A DNA stretch of 64,000 nucleotides from Dehalococcoidia bacterium. GTDB taxonomy: Bacteria; Chloroflexota; Dehalococcoidia; Dehalococcoidales; UBA3254. The translations under genes and the position numbers were made by a program. Below the pieces are notes generated by a model that searched no databases, was not told where the DNA came from, and saw nothing but the letters and a program-made list of their open reading frames with translations. The stretch spans positions 3,598 through 67,597 of the forward strand of contig JANYAV010000022.1 of NCBI GenBank assembly GCA_025361145.1. Reading direction: 5' to 3'. Each line of letters begins with the position of its first letter. Position 1 is the first letter of the stretch. Positions 1 through 9,457 of the stretch are shown one piece after another.

Positions 1-2
1 TA

Positions 3-962
3 TTGATTCTCCTGATGATCGGGCCATTGTTCGTGGGCAATTTCTGGCTGAATAAGATCAATTTGATCGGTATAACCCTGATTGCCGCCACCGGTTTAAA
101 TATTCTGGTGGGATATTGCGGACAGCTATCGATCGGGCAGGTGGGTTTTATCGCAGTGGGAGCTTACACTTCAACTATTTTAACCAGCAAGCTGGGTTTA
201 CCTTTTCCGGTGAGTTTCGTTTGTTCCGGTTTGATGGCCGGAATTATTGGATTGATGTTTGCCATACCCTCGGTCAGGGTCAAAGGTTTTTATCTGGCTA
301 TTGCCTCCATCGCCGCTCAATTTATTATCGTCTGGGTTATTTCCAAATGGACTGGTCTGACCGGCGGAAGCAACGGCATGCTAGTGCCTGACGCGTCTAT
401 CGGTGGATTGGTTTTTAATACCCAGAAAAGTTTTTATTACTTGATTATCGGTGTGGCGGTAGTTTGTATTTTCCTGGCTAAAAATTTAGCGCGGACGCGA
501 GTGGGCAGAGCCTTTATCGCTATCCGGGACAATGACCTGGCGGCTGAGGTCATGGGCATCAATCTTTTTTACTATAAAATGCTAGCTTTTTTCATAGGTT
601 GTTTTATGGCCGGCATTGCAGGGTCTCTGCTGGCCCACTGGAGCGTCTCAATAAGCCCTGACAACTTCAGTTTTAGTGAATCCATACTCTATGTGGGTAT
701 CATTATCATCGGCGGTCTGGGTACTACCCTGGGCCCAATTCTGGGTGTGGTCTTGATCCGTTTAATGCAGGTGGGCGTGACGCAAGCTACTCCGTGGCTG
801 CAATCAACTCTACCTGGGATGCCTAATGGCTTCGCTACCGGTATTACCCCAATGCTGTTCGGATTGATTATTGTGCTGTTTTTAATTTTCGAACCGAGAG
901 GTCTGGCTCATCGCTGGAACTTGTTTAAAGCTTCTTACCGGCTGTGGCCATTTTCATATTAA
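3..962 (+). CDS. livM: branched-chain amino acid ABC transporter permease (LivM-like), 5' end cut by window edge
   Basis: The frame is open to the left edge. The product is a polytopic hydrophobic protein with the LivM-type segment GQLSIGQVGFIAVGAYT. SBP and ATPase genes follow on the same strand. Confidence 0.8.
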   Translation: MILLMIGPLFVGNFWLNKINLIGITLIAATGLNILVGYCGQLSIGQVGFIAVGAYTSTILTSKLGLPFPVSFVCSGLMAGIIGLMFAIPSVRVKGFYLAIASIAAQFIIVWVISKWTGLTGGSNGMLVPDASIGGLVFNTQKSFYYLIIGVAVVCIFLAKNLARTRVGRAFIAIRDNDLAAEVMGINLFYYKMLAFFIGCFMAGIAGSLLAHWSVSISPDNFSFSESILYVGIIIIGGLGTTLGPILGVVLIRLMQVGVTQATPWLQSTLPGMPNGFATGITPMLFGLIIVLFLIFEPRGLAHRWNLFKASYRLWPFSY

Positions 963-998
963 AAAGAGCTTAAAATTTAAATTAAAAAGGAGAAAAAG

Positions 999-2222
999 TT
1001 GAAAAGGAAATTATCATTATTAGTCTTGTTGTTAACTCTAGTTTCTATGATCGCACTTATGGTTGGTTGTTCTTCGACAGCTAATATAGCTGGCAAGGAA
1101 CTAAAATTAGGCGCGATTATGCCGGTAACCGGTCCTGCTGCTGAAAAAGGCAAACCTGGTATTGACGCGCTTCTGGATGTCATTGAGTATATCAACAAAG
1201 AAAAGGGAGGAGCGGGCGGTTACCAGATCAAACTTGATTGGAAAGACAGCGCCTACAATGCCGCTAATGTTAATACTATTGTGACCGATTACACCAATTC
1301 AGGGGTTTTAATGTTCGCTGCCATGTCCTCATTCGAAATGACCAATGCTAAGGGTATCGCCAATAAAGCTGGTTTGCCCGGCCTGGCGGTTTTTACCGCT
1401 GCTAGTTTGTATAATCCGCCGGAGCATATCTATGGGCAGATGCCGGAATACGGCGATGATTGGGTAGCTTTTGCTAATTATTATATGCAGAATATCTGGA
1501 AAGGTTCCGGCAAGCCCAAAATGGCGCTACATCTTCTGAATAATACTACAGGTTCCAGTGTCAAAGATGTCGCCAAGGCTAAAGCAGAGGCGATGGGAAT
1601 TGATATCGTAGATATCGAAGAACATGCAGCTACCACTATCTCAGAGTCAGATTCTTTGACCAGAATAAAAGCTGCCAATCCGGACGTGATCTTCATCTCC
1701 AGCACTCCTCAGCCGACCTCAATTATCTTGAAGAACGCAAAAGATCTGGGGCTTACTTCCAAAACCGTAACCATCGGCCTAGCCCATGCCAGTTTCACCA
1801 AAGCTCTTATCGACCTGGCGGGAGCAGACGTAGTTGAAGGAGTTTATGGGGTGTTTCCTACAGTTACCTGGGATGACAAAGCACCCGGTATTGCCAAAGC
1901 CAAAGAATATCTGATGAAGAACCATCCGGGAGATGCCGGAAACATGGATTACCTGTCATTGTGGTGCACCGGCCTGGTTTCAGCGGAGATTTTAAAGAAC
2001 GCCGTGCAAGCCGTTGGCTACGATGTGCTGGCTAAGGGTGACGCTACTGCCTGGAAAGCAGTCGAAGAGCAGGGTTTCCAGAAGCTCAACTATAACGTGG
2101 GGGGGATTCAGGGAGCGGTGTCATATACAGCGGGAGATAACCGCTTGGCCAAAACTGTTAAGCTCTACACAATTAAGAGCGGCGCGATCACTGCTATCGG
2201 TGATTGGGTAACTGCTAGATAA
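999..2222 (+). CDS. amino-acid ABC transporter substrate-binding lipoprotein (Leu/Ile/Val-binding family)
   Basis: TTG start 5 nt after AAGGAGA (987-993). Signal peptide with lipobox LMVGC. The length and sequence look like a type I periplasmic binding protein. A strong terminator follows. Confidence 0.8.
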   Translation: MKRKLSLLVLLLTLVSMIALMVGCSSTANIAGKELKLGAIMPVTGPAAEKGKPGIDALLDVIEYINKEKGGAGGYQIKLDWKDSAYNAANVNTIVTDYTNSGVLMFAAMSSFEMTNAKGIANKAGLPGLAVFTAASLYNPPEHIYGQMPEYGDDWVAFANYYMQNIWKGSGKPKMALHLLNNTTGSSVKDVAKAKAEAMGIDIVDIEEHAATTISESDSLTRIKAANPDVIFISSTPQPTSIILKNAKDLGLTSKTVTIGLAHASFTKALIDLAGADVVEGVYGVFPTVTWDDKAPGIAKAKEYLMKNHPGDAGNMDYLSLWCTGLVSAEILKNAVQAVGYDVLAKGDATAWKAVEEQGFQKLNYNVGGIQGAVSYTAGDNRLAKTVKLYTIKSGAITAIGDWVTAR

Positions 2223-2246
2223 TACAATCAGTCATTGGTATTTTAG

Positions 2247-2281
2247 AATCCCCTGCCGGGTTACCGGCAGGGGATTTTTTA
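2247..2281 (+). terminator. rho-independent terminator after the SBP gene
   Basis: AATCCCCTGCCGG-gtta-CCGGCAGGGGATT followed by a T-run. Confidence 0.8.
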
Positions 2282-2363
2282 CTCTGATTATCTTTAGTTT
2301 GAGTACCGATGCGTATTTGCATTGAATGATAAAATTATATTAAGCTAGTTGTGGAATCAGAAT

Positions 2364-3155
2364 ATGCTTAAACTAAACAATATTGAAGTAACTTACCTCA
2401 ACGTGATCCGCGTCCTGCACGGGGTTTCGCTGGGTGTGGACGACGGTCAGATTGTGGCGTTATTAGGCGCTAACGGCGCGGGTAAAAGCACTACCCTTAA
2501 GGCCATTTCCGGTCTTTTGTATGTTGAAGAAGGACAGGTCAATGACGGCAGCATCGAATTGGATGGCGCGCGTATAGATAAAAAGAACGCTGAAGAAATC
2601 GGCAAACTGGGTATCATACAGGCGCTGGAAGGCCGGCGGGTTTTTGAGCATTTGACTGTGGAAGAGAATTTGAACGTAGGAGCTTTCGCCCGCAGAGACC
2701 GTCGTGCCGTTAAAACCGATCTGGAGATGGTATATAACTATTTCCCCCGGTTAAGACAATTACGTAAAAACATAGCTGGTTATCTCTCGGGCGGTGAGCA
2801 GCAGATGCTGGTGATAGGGCGGGCCATGATGGCGCGGCCCAAGCTGATGATGCTGGACGAGCCTTCCCTGGGATTGGCCCCTTTAATGGTCAAAGAAATT
2901 TATGATATCATAAAGCGCTTTAATACAGAGAGTAAAACCTCGGTTTTGCTGGTTGAACAGAATGTACGGATCGCCCTAAGCATCGCCCATTATGGTTATG
3001 TGATGGAGAACGGCCGGGTGGTTCTGGATGGTACTGCCGAATTTCTAAAAAACAACGAAGACGTAAAAGAGTTTTATATCGGACTGTCTGCGCTGGGAAC
3101 CAAGAAGAGCTATCGGGAAGTTAAACATTACAGGAGACGAAAGAGATGGCTGTAG
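2364..3155 (+). CDS. livF: branched-chain amino acid ABC transporter ATP-binding protein (LivF-like)
   Basis: Walker A GANGAGKST, signature LSGGEQQML, Walker B LMMLDEPS. I prefer the ATG at 2364 over the TTG at 2349. The basic C-terminal tail overlaps the next gene by 10 nt. Confidence 0.85.
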   Translation: MLKLNNIEVTYLNVIRVLHGVSLGVDDGQIVALLGANGAGKSTTLKAISGLLYVEEGQVNDGSIELDGARIDKKNAEEIGKLGIIQALEGRRVFEHLTVEENLNVGAFARRDRRAVKTDLEMVYNYFPRLRQLRKNIAGYLSGGEQQMLVIGRAMMARPKLMMLDEPSLGLAPLMVKEIYDIIKRFNTESKTSVLLVEQNVRIALSIAHYGYVMENGRVVLDGTAEFLKNNEDVKEFYIGLSALGTKKSYREVKHYRRRKRWL

Positions 3156-4423
3156 AGCAGGGACGCTATTTTGATGATTCTGAGAGTAGGCCTCTCCAAC
3201 AACGGGAAGAAATTAAGAATCGCAAGCTGGCAGCAACCATTGAGTACGCCTATGACCATTCCCGTGCCGCTAAAAACTTGCTGGATTTCGTGGGCATTAA
3301 GCCGTCTTCCGGCTTTAATCTCTCCGACCTGGAACGTCTGCCTATCACACGTAAAACCGATTTAATTGAACTTCAGAAAAGCTTCGCCCCCTTCGGTGGG
3401 CTGCTAGCAGGTCCCGCTGAGGATGTAGAACGCATCTTTATCTCACCCGGACCTATTTATGAATTTCAACCTGCGGGTATTAATTGGTTTGCCCGCTCAT
3501 TCTACGCCGCGGGCTTTCGCAAGGGTGATATCGTGGTCAACACCTTCACATATCACATGTCTCCCGCTGGCATGCTTTTTCATGAGGGGCTGAGACAATG
3601 TGGGGTCACCGTCGTGGTGATGGGGACAGGTAACACCGAGGCTTTAATTCAGGCCATGCTGGATATCAAGGTAACCGGGTTTTTAGGTACGCCCACTTTC
3701 TTGATGTCGGTTATCAAGAGGGCGGAAGAAATGGGTTATAATTTCAGTGAAAACTTCGCGCTTAAGAAGACCTGGTTTACCGGAGAAATGCTACCGGCCT
3801 CACTGCGTAAAACTTTTGAAGAGACTTACAAACTCTCCACTTCTCAAGCTTACGCTGTAACTGAGCCGGGTGGGGCCATTGCTTATGAGTGTGAGGCCAA
3901 AGCGGGCCTGCATCTGGACGATGATTATATAGTGGAAATCGTGGATGCCCAGACCGGAAAGCAGGTTGACCCTGGTGAAGTTGGCGAGATTGTAGTCACT
4001 CCTTTGCAGAATAAGTTTTGGGGACTGGTCCGCTTCGGCACAGGCGACATGTCTTCTCTGATTACTCAGCCATGCACCTGCGGACGCACTTCAAATCGGA
4101 TTGCCGGCGTTCTGGGGCGCACAGGTGATGCCGTCAAAGTCAGAGGTATGTTCATTGTGGTCAAACAGGCTGCTCTGGTAGTTAGCGGCTTTGAGAATGT
4201 TAATAGATTTCAGATCATCGTAACCCGTCAATACGACCGGGATGAAATGGCACTCCTTCTGGAGTTAAAAAATGAGCCGGTTGAGCGAGCTAAGCTGGCC
4301 GATGAAATCAGTGAAAAATTTCAAAATATCTGCCGCTTAAAACCAGACTCCATTCAATATGTCGAGCCGGGCACGATTCCCGACCTATACAAGACTATTG
4401 AAGATCATAGAAAGTGGGATTAA
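3146..4423 (+). CDS. phenylacetate-CoA ligase family (PaaK/CapK-like adenylate-forming enzyme)
   Basis: 425 aa with the overall PaaK-family architecture (N-terminal helical part, then an adenylation core). The start overlaps the livF stop, which suggests coupling. Confidence 0.7.
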   Translation: MAVEQGRYFDDSESRPLQQREEIKNRKLAATIEYAYDHSRAAKNLLDFVGIKPSSGFNLSDLERLPITRKTDLIELQKSFAPFGGLLAGPAEDVERIFISPGPIYEFQPAGINWFARSFYAAGFRKGDIVVNTFTYHMSPAGMLFHEGLRQCGVTVVVMGTGNTEALIQAMLDIKVTGFLGTPTFLMSVIKRAEEMGYNFSENFALKKTWFTGEMLPASLRKTFEETYKLSTSQAYAVTEPGGAIAYECEAKAGLHLDDDYIVEIVDAQTGKQVDPGEVGEIVVTPLQNKFWGLVRFGTGDMSSLITQPCTCGRTSNRIAGVLGRTGDAVKVRGMFIVVKQAALVVSGFENVNRFQIIVTRQYDRDEMALLLELKNEPVERAKLADEISEKFQNICRLKPDSIQYVEPGTIPDLYKTIEDHRKWD

Positions 4424-4431
4424 CCCCCGCT

Positions 4432-4460
4432 TGTAGCTTGGTAGCTGTATCTAAGCTACA
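4432..4460. terminator. hairpin between convergent paaK-like and prmC genes
   Basis: TGTAGCTT-13 nt-AAGCTACA. There is no clear T-tract, so terminator function is uncertain. Confidence 0.35.
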
Positions 4461-4521
4461 TAATAATTGAGGTTACCCTTGGCAATAAATGTTCCAGTTA
4501 AAGGTGATAAAAGTTAGCGAA

Positions 4522-5361
4522 CTATAAAATTAGTTTTACCACTCGTTCAATGCCGGCCAGGTCTTTTAAGATTTCGATAGAAGCAACCGGATATAGCTTA
4601 TTCAAATAGCCGGTCACAGCCTCAGCCTGTCCCATTCCTATTTCCAGTAAAGCCCAGCCGCCCGGATTAACTTTCCCCTTCAGCTGGTCGATCAACCGGA
4701 AAATCTGATCCAGGCCTTTTTCGCCGCCGTCCAGGGCCTGTCGTGGTTCAAAAGGCGCTGAGGGCATAGTCTGCCAGTCGGCCGTTCTCACGTAGGGTAG
4801 ATTGGCAATGATGGCGTCTATGGGGTGTTTTAGAGCTGCCAGAAGGTCTCCTTGCAGCAGGGTGACGCGGTTTGTAACTCCATGACGGAGGGAATTGAGT
4901 CTTGCGACTTCCAAAGCCTGGGCGGAAATATCGATGGCGTAGATTTTAGTTTGCGGCAGATGAGCAGCCAAACTCACCGCGATTGCCCCGGAACCAGTAC
5001 CGATGTCGGCCAGGACGGAAGTCGAACGGCTATTACAGAAACGGATGGCCTCTTCTACCAGCAACTCAGTCTCGGGGCGGGGGATCAGCACCCGGTGGTC
5101 TACGAAAAAATCCAGTCCGTAAAATTCCCGTGAATTGATGATATAGGCGAGCGGTTCGCCGCCCAGACGAAGTTCTACCCATTGATTAAAAGCCGATTCT
5201 TGATCGGGGTTAAGCTTAACATTGAGGTCGAAATACAACTGCGCGCGGCTGAAGTGCAGAATATGGCGGAGCAAGACTTCACTTTCCAGCCCGGGATCTT
5301 CAATATCCTTTGAACCGGAAAGCCTCTGGCGGGCTTGAACTAAGGCTTGTCTGAGAGTCAA
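4522..5361 (-). CDS. prmC: release-factor glutamine N5-methyltransferase PrmC/HemK
   Basis: SAM motif DIGTGSGAI. Motif IV reads NLPY instead of NPPY. The gene has a 4-nt overlap with upstream prfA. Confidence 0.85.
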   Translation of the reverse strand: MTLRQALVQARQRLSGSKDIEDPGLESEVLLRHILHFSRAQLYFDLNVKLNPDQESAFNQWVELRLGGEPLAYIINSREFYGLDFFVDHRVLIPRPETELLVEEAIRFCNSRSTSVLADIGTGSGAIAVSLAAHLPQTKIYAIDISAQALEVARLNSLRHGVTNRVTLLQGDLLAALKHPIDAIIANLPYVRTADWQTMPSAPFEPRQALDGGEKGLDQIFRLIDQLKGKVNPGGWALLEIGMGQAEAVTGYLNKLYPVASIEILKDLAGIERVVKLIL

Positions 5362-6437
5362 TCTGACTTCTGCTCTCCACCGCTGATGGACTGCAGACGG
5401 TAATAGGCAGTCAAAGCTTCGATAATATCGTCGATATCACCTTCCATGATGCCAGGCAGATTGTGGAAATTCTGGCCTATGCGGTGATCGGTAATACGGT
5501 CTTGCGGATAGTTGTAGGTACGGATTTTCTCAGAACGGTCGGCTGAGCCCACCTGAGAACGCCTCTCTTCCCCAATGGATTCTTCCTGCTTGCGTCGTTC
5601 AGTGTCCAATAGACGGGAGCGTAAAACGGTCAAGGCTTTCTGGCGGTTTCTGAGCTGAGAACGTTCATCCTGGCAGACTACCACTACCCCCGTCGGGAGG
5701 TGAGTGAGGCGCACGGCAGTAGAAACTTTATTGACGTTCTGACCGCCTGCTCCACTGGCATGGAAAATATCTATCTTCAGATCAGCGGGATTGATATCAA
5801 AATCCACTTCATCCGCTTCAGGCAGAACGACCACGGTGGCTGTTGAGGTGTGAATTCTACCTGAGGACTCGGTGGTGGGGACGCGCTGGACGCGGTGAAC
5901 TCCCCGTTCATATTTCAAGCGGCTGAAAGCGCTTTTCCCTTTGACTTCATAAATGATTTCCTTATAACCACCTTCGCCGCCCTCACTGACATCGATGATT
6001 TCAATAGACCAGCGTTTGGTTTGTGCGTAACGGGAATACATGCGGAAAAGGTCGGCAGCAAACATGGCAGCCTCATCGCCGCCGGTACCGGCCCGGATTT
6101 CCATGATGACATCTTTCTCATCATTAGGGTCTTTGGGAATCAGGGCTTCTTTAAGTTCTTCAGCGAGGAGATTGCTCTTTTCCTCAAGGCTTTTTAACTC
6201 GTCTTTAACCATAGCGGCCATCTCTGAGTCATGGCTCTCGTTTAGCATCGCCCGGGTTTCTGCCAGAGATTTGAGAGTGGCCTTATAGTCCACATATTGG
6301 GAGACAATAAACTCAATGCCTGCCCGCTCTTTGGCCAGACTTTGCAGTTTTTGAAGGTCAGACAGGACTTCCTGAGATGCCATCTGCTCAGTTATTGCGT
6401 TAAAGCGTTTTTCAATTTTCTCTAGTTGTTCATTCAT
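5358..6437 (-). CDS. prfA: peptide chain release factor 1
   Basis: GGQ motif (SGAGGQNVNKV), the RF1-type PxT tripeptide (RVPTTES), and 359 aa. Confidence 0.95.
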   Translation of the reverse strand: MNEQLEKIEKRFNAITEQMASQEVLSDLQKLQSLAKERAGIEFIVSQYVDYKATLKSLAETRAMLNESHDSEMAAMVKDELKSLEEKSNLLAEELKEALIPKDPNDEKDVIMEIRAGTGGDEAAMFAADLFRMYSRYAQTKRWSIEIIDVSEGGEGGYKEIIYEVKGKSAFSRLKYERGVHRVQRVPTTESSGRIHTSTATVVVLPEADEVDFDINPADLKIDIFHASGAGGQNVNKVSTAVRLTHLPTGVVVVCQDERSQLRNRQKALTVLRSRLLDTERRKQEESIGEERRSQVGSADRSEKIRTYNYPQDRITDHRIGQNFHNLPGIMEGDIDDIIEALTAYYRLQSISGGEQKSD

Positions 6438-6539
6438 AATAAAACACCATTACTATCTTATGGATTATAAGGCTAAACAGGGGTTTAAGGCAAAAGCAAC
6501 CCTCTTAAATCAGGGGGACCTAAAACCAGGCTCACGCAG

Positions 6540-7643
6540 TTAGCGTTTACCTGGTGCTGCCGGCGTTAGCGTTGGGGGCCAGATACGACTGCCGGGCCCT
6601 AATTTACTATTGCGACTTATAGTAACATGGTCGCCGATGACGGTTTTTTCGGCAGTGGTATTGTTTTCCAGAAGACAATCGTTAGCTATCAGGCATTCAT
6701 TTAAAGTAACTTTCATACCCAGCTGAGTATTCGCCCAGATGATAGATGAATCTACTACGCTGTCTTCACCCAAAACTGTTCCATTACCCAGAACGAGGGG
6801 GCCGAAGAGTTTTACACCGCGGTTGATCACGCAGTTATTACCGATGACGACAGGGCCGACAATCTGGGTTTCCGGGTTGATATTGCAGGACTGCCCTATT
6901 TTAACTACTTTGCCCTGGACTACCTGATAGCCTTTTACTTCGCCGCGCATCATATCGCGGTGCAGTTTAAGGTATTTTTCAGGAGTGCCGATGTCTATCC
7001 AATAGGAGTTGGAAGGGAAAGCATAGAGAGGCTCGCCAGCCTCTAATAGTTGTGGAAACAATTGCCGTTCGAAACTGAAAGGGGTCCCGGCGGGGACGCG
7101 TTTCAGAATATCTTTAGAGAGAATATAGGTGCCGGCGTTGATCATGTTGGTGGTTACCTGGTTCCATGACGGTTTTTCCAGGAAGCGAGTTATTCTCCCC
7201 CCCGAACTGGTCTCGATTAAACCATAGGCGGTGGGGTCTTCGACAGGTGCCAGGGCGATGGTGCTCTGGGCCTGGCGAGCTTTATGAAAATCAAGCATAG
7301 CGGTCAAATCAAGGTCGGTGAAGATGTCTCCATTTAGCACCATGAAAGTGGGCTCCAGATACTGTTCTGCGTTTTTCACCGCACCAGCGGTGCCCATCGG
7401 TTGGCTTTCCAGGACATAAGTCAATTTTATGCCGAAACGGCTGCCGTCACCAAAATAGTCTTCCATGGGTTTAGACAGGTGTCCCTGAGCCAGGACTATA
7501 TTTTTAATGTTATGGCCGGACAGGTAGCGGATCACGTGTTCAAGAAAAGGTGTGTTGAGAACAGTGACCATAGATTTGGGTGTATTACAGGTCAATGGGC
7601 GGAGCCGGGTGGCTTCTCCTCCTACCAGAATTAATGCTTGCAT
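6540..7643 (-). CDS. NDP-sugar pyrophosphorylase (mannose-1-phosphate guanylyltransferase-like) with C-terminal left-handed beta-helix
   Basis: N-terminal LILVGGEATRLRPLT nucleotidyltransferase signature. Hexapeptide-repeat-like C-terminus. Confidence 0.8.
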   Translation of the reverse strand: MQALILVGGEATRLRPLTCNTPKSMVTVLNTPFLEHVIRYLSGHNIKNIVLAQGHLSKPMEDYFGDGSRFGIKLTYVLESQPMGTAGAVKNAEQYLEPTFMVLNGDIFTDLDLTAMLDFHKARQAQSTIALAPVEDPTAYGLIETSSGGRITRFLEKPSWNQVTTNMINAGTYILSKDILKRVPAGTPFSFERQLFPQLLEAGEPLYAFPSNSYWIDIGTPEKYLKLHRDMMRGEVKGYQVVQGKVVKIGQSCNINPETQIVGPVVIGNNCVINRGVKLFGPLVLGNGTVLGEDSVVDSSIIWANTQLGMKVTLNECLIANDCLLENNTTAEKTVIGDHVTISRNSKLGPGSRIWPPTLTPAAPGKR

Positions 7644-7816
7644 GGTGTTTTACTTCCCTTCTAATTTTTTACTACTACATTATAAACCCAAATCAGAGGA
7701 TGGTACATAGGCAAAATTGTAGGATGAGTTAAAAGTAAAAAGTGTAAAAATGCTAGAGTTAAAAGTCTGACAAGTTTCAAGATTCAGGTCTGAGAAAAGG
7801 AGAAGAGGGTTTCATA

Positions 7817-7860
7817 AGGTCGGACCTGCATTGGGAAAAGGAGACTGCGAGGTCCGACCT
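7817..7860 (-). terminator. hairpin downstream of rpoD
   Basis: Perfect 11-bp inverted repeat AGGTCGGACCT / AGGTCCGACCT with a 22-nt loop. The T-tract is weak. Confidence 0.5.
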
Positions 7861-7885
7861 TTAGAGGCCATGGAAGGATTTAAGA

Positions 7886-9406
7886 CTATTCCAGGTAGTC
7901 TTTGAGTTTGCGGCTGCGTGAGGGGTGGCGGAGTTTGCGCAGGGCTTTGGCTTCGATCTGGCGAATGCGCTCTCGGGTGACATTAAATTCTTTGCCCACC
8001 TCTTCCAGTGTACGGCTGCGGCCGTCTTCAAGGCCAAACCTTAATTGGAGCACTCTCTGCTCACGGGGAGTAAGAGTGTTCAAGACTTCTTCAATCTGTT
8101 CCTTAAGCAACTGCCGGGAGGCCACATCGGCGGGAGGCAGAGTATTGCGGTCTTCGATAAAATCACCCAGATGGCTATCTTCCTCATCACCGATAGGGGA
8201 CTCTAGCGAGATAGGCAACTGGGAAACCTTAATGATCTCCTCTACCTTTTCCGCTGGCATCTCCATTTCCATACCGATCTCCTTGGAGCTGGGCTGCTTG
8301 CCCTGTTCCTGAGAAAGGCGGCGGCTAACGCGCAGGAGCTTGTTAATAGTTTCTACCATATGCACCGGGATACGGATGGTGCGGGCCTGATCAGCAATAG
8401 CACGGGTGATGGCCTGGCGAATCCACCAGGTGGCATAGGTGCTGAATTTAAAGCCTTTATGATGATCGAATTTTTCAACGGCGCGGGTGAGTCCGATGTT
8501 GCCTTCCTGAATCAGATCTAGCAGGGACATACCGCGGCCGATGTATTTCTTAGCTACGCTGACCACCAGGCGCAGGTTAGCCTCGATAAGGTGCTTCTTA
8601 GCCCGTTCTGACTTCCGGGCGATATCGTCATAGAAGAGGTCAAGGTGAACTTCGGACTTGAGCAGATCCATCTGGAATTCCTTGCTCTCTAGCATTTGCG
8701 TCATATCTGAGAAATTGATGGTTTCCTTGATCATTTTCCAGACCTGGTGCGGGATCAAACTGATGTTAATAGAGATTGTGATAATGACCTGCTCTGTTTC
8801 AATCAGGTTGCGGTTGAGATTGGTGGCAATGGCCTGGACCAGCTCCGGGGGAATCTCAGCGTCAATTTTTTCCCGGTATTCCTTTTGATTGAGGGTCTTG
8901 ATGAAGCTATTTTTGGTCTTAATACCAATTTCTTTTTGCATGGCATGAATAATATCTTTGCCCAGGACAATTTCCTGCAGGGCGACAATAACCACCTCAC
9001 AAGAGGTAGGGAGTTTGCCGTTTTTCTTGAGCCAGGCATTGTTGATTTCAGTCAGGCGGCGGCCTTCCTCCATCTGCTTGGCCAGGATTTTTTCATCTCC
9101 ACCAGTCAAAAGAGGGACTCTGCCGATCTCATGAAGGTACATGCGTACGGAGTCATCAATGACTTCCTGCTCTTCCAGTCGTTCCAGCGGCATCTCTGGT
9201 TCCATTTCAGCGGCTTCAGGCTTTTCCAGATCGATGGCATCCGGTTCAACCCAGCCGGCGACCGGTCCGTTCAGCTCATCGATGCTGGGTTCCTTGACTT
9301 CATCAGGGGATGGTCCTGCTTCGGCTTCAATTTCCTCTTCAGAACCCTCCTCTTTGGGTTCCTCTTCTTCTTTGGCAATTGCTACGACTTTTTTAGATTT
9401 TCTCAT
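7886..9406 (-). CDS. rpoD: primary RNA polymerase sigma factor (sigma-70/RpoD)
   Basis: Acidic N-terminus. Region 2 ([17 protein letters not shown]), region 3 and region 4 ([20 protein letters not shown]). SD GAAGGAGA upstream. Confidence 0.95.
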   Translation of the reverse strand: MRKSKKVVAIAKEEEEPKEEGSEEEIEAEAGPSPDEVKEPSIDELNGPVAGWVEPDAIDLEKPEAAEMEPEMPLERLEEQEVIDDSVRMYLHEIGRVPLLTGGDEKILAKQMEEGRRLTEINNAWLKKNGKLPTSCEVVIVALQEIVLGKDIIHAMQKEIGIKTKNSFIKTLNQKEYREKIDAEIPPELVQAIATNLNRNLIETEQVIITISINISLIPHQVWKMIKETINFSDMTQMLESKEFQMDLLKSEVHLDLFYDDIARKSERAKKHLIEANLRLVVSVAKKYIGRGMSLLDLIQEGNIGLTRAVEKFDHHKGFKFSTYATWWIRQAITRAIADQARTIRIPVHMVETINKLLRVSRRLSQEQGKQPSSKEIGMEMEMPAEKVEEIIKVSQLPISLESPIGDEEDSHLGDFIEDRNTLPPADVASRQLLKEQIEEVLNTLTPREQRVLQLRFGLEDGRSRTLEEVGKEFNVTRERIRQIEAKALRKLRHPSRSRKLKDYLE

Positions 9407-9457
9407 AGATCTCCTTCAAACGGTATTACCGTCAGGCAAAAATACCAGGCGTATATT

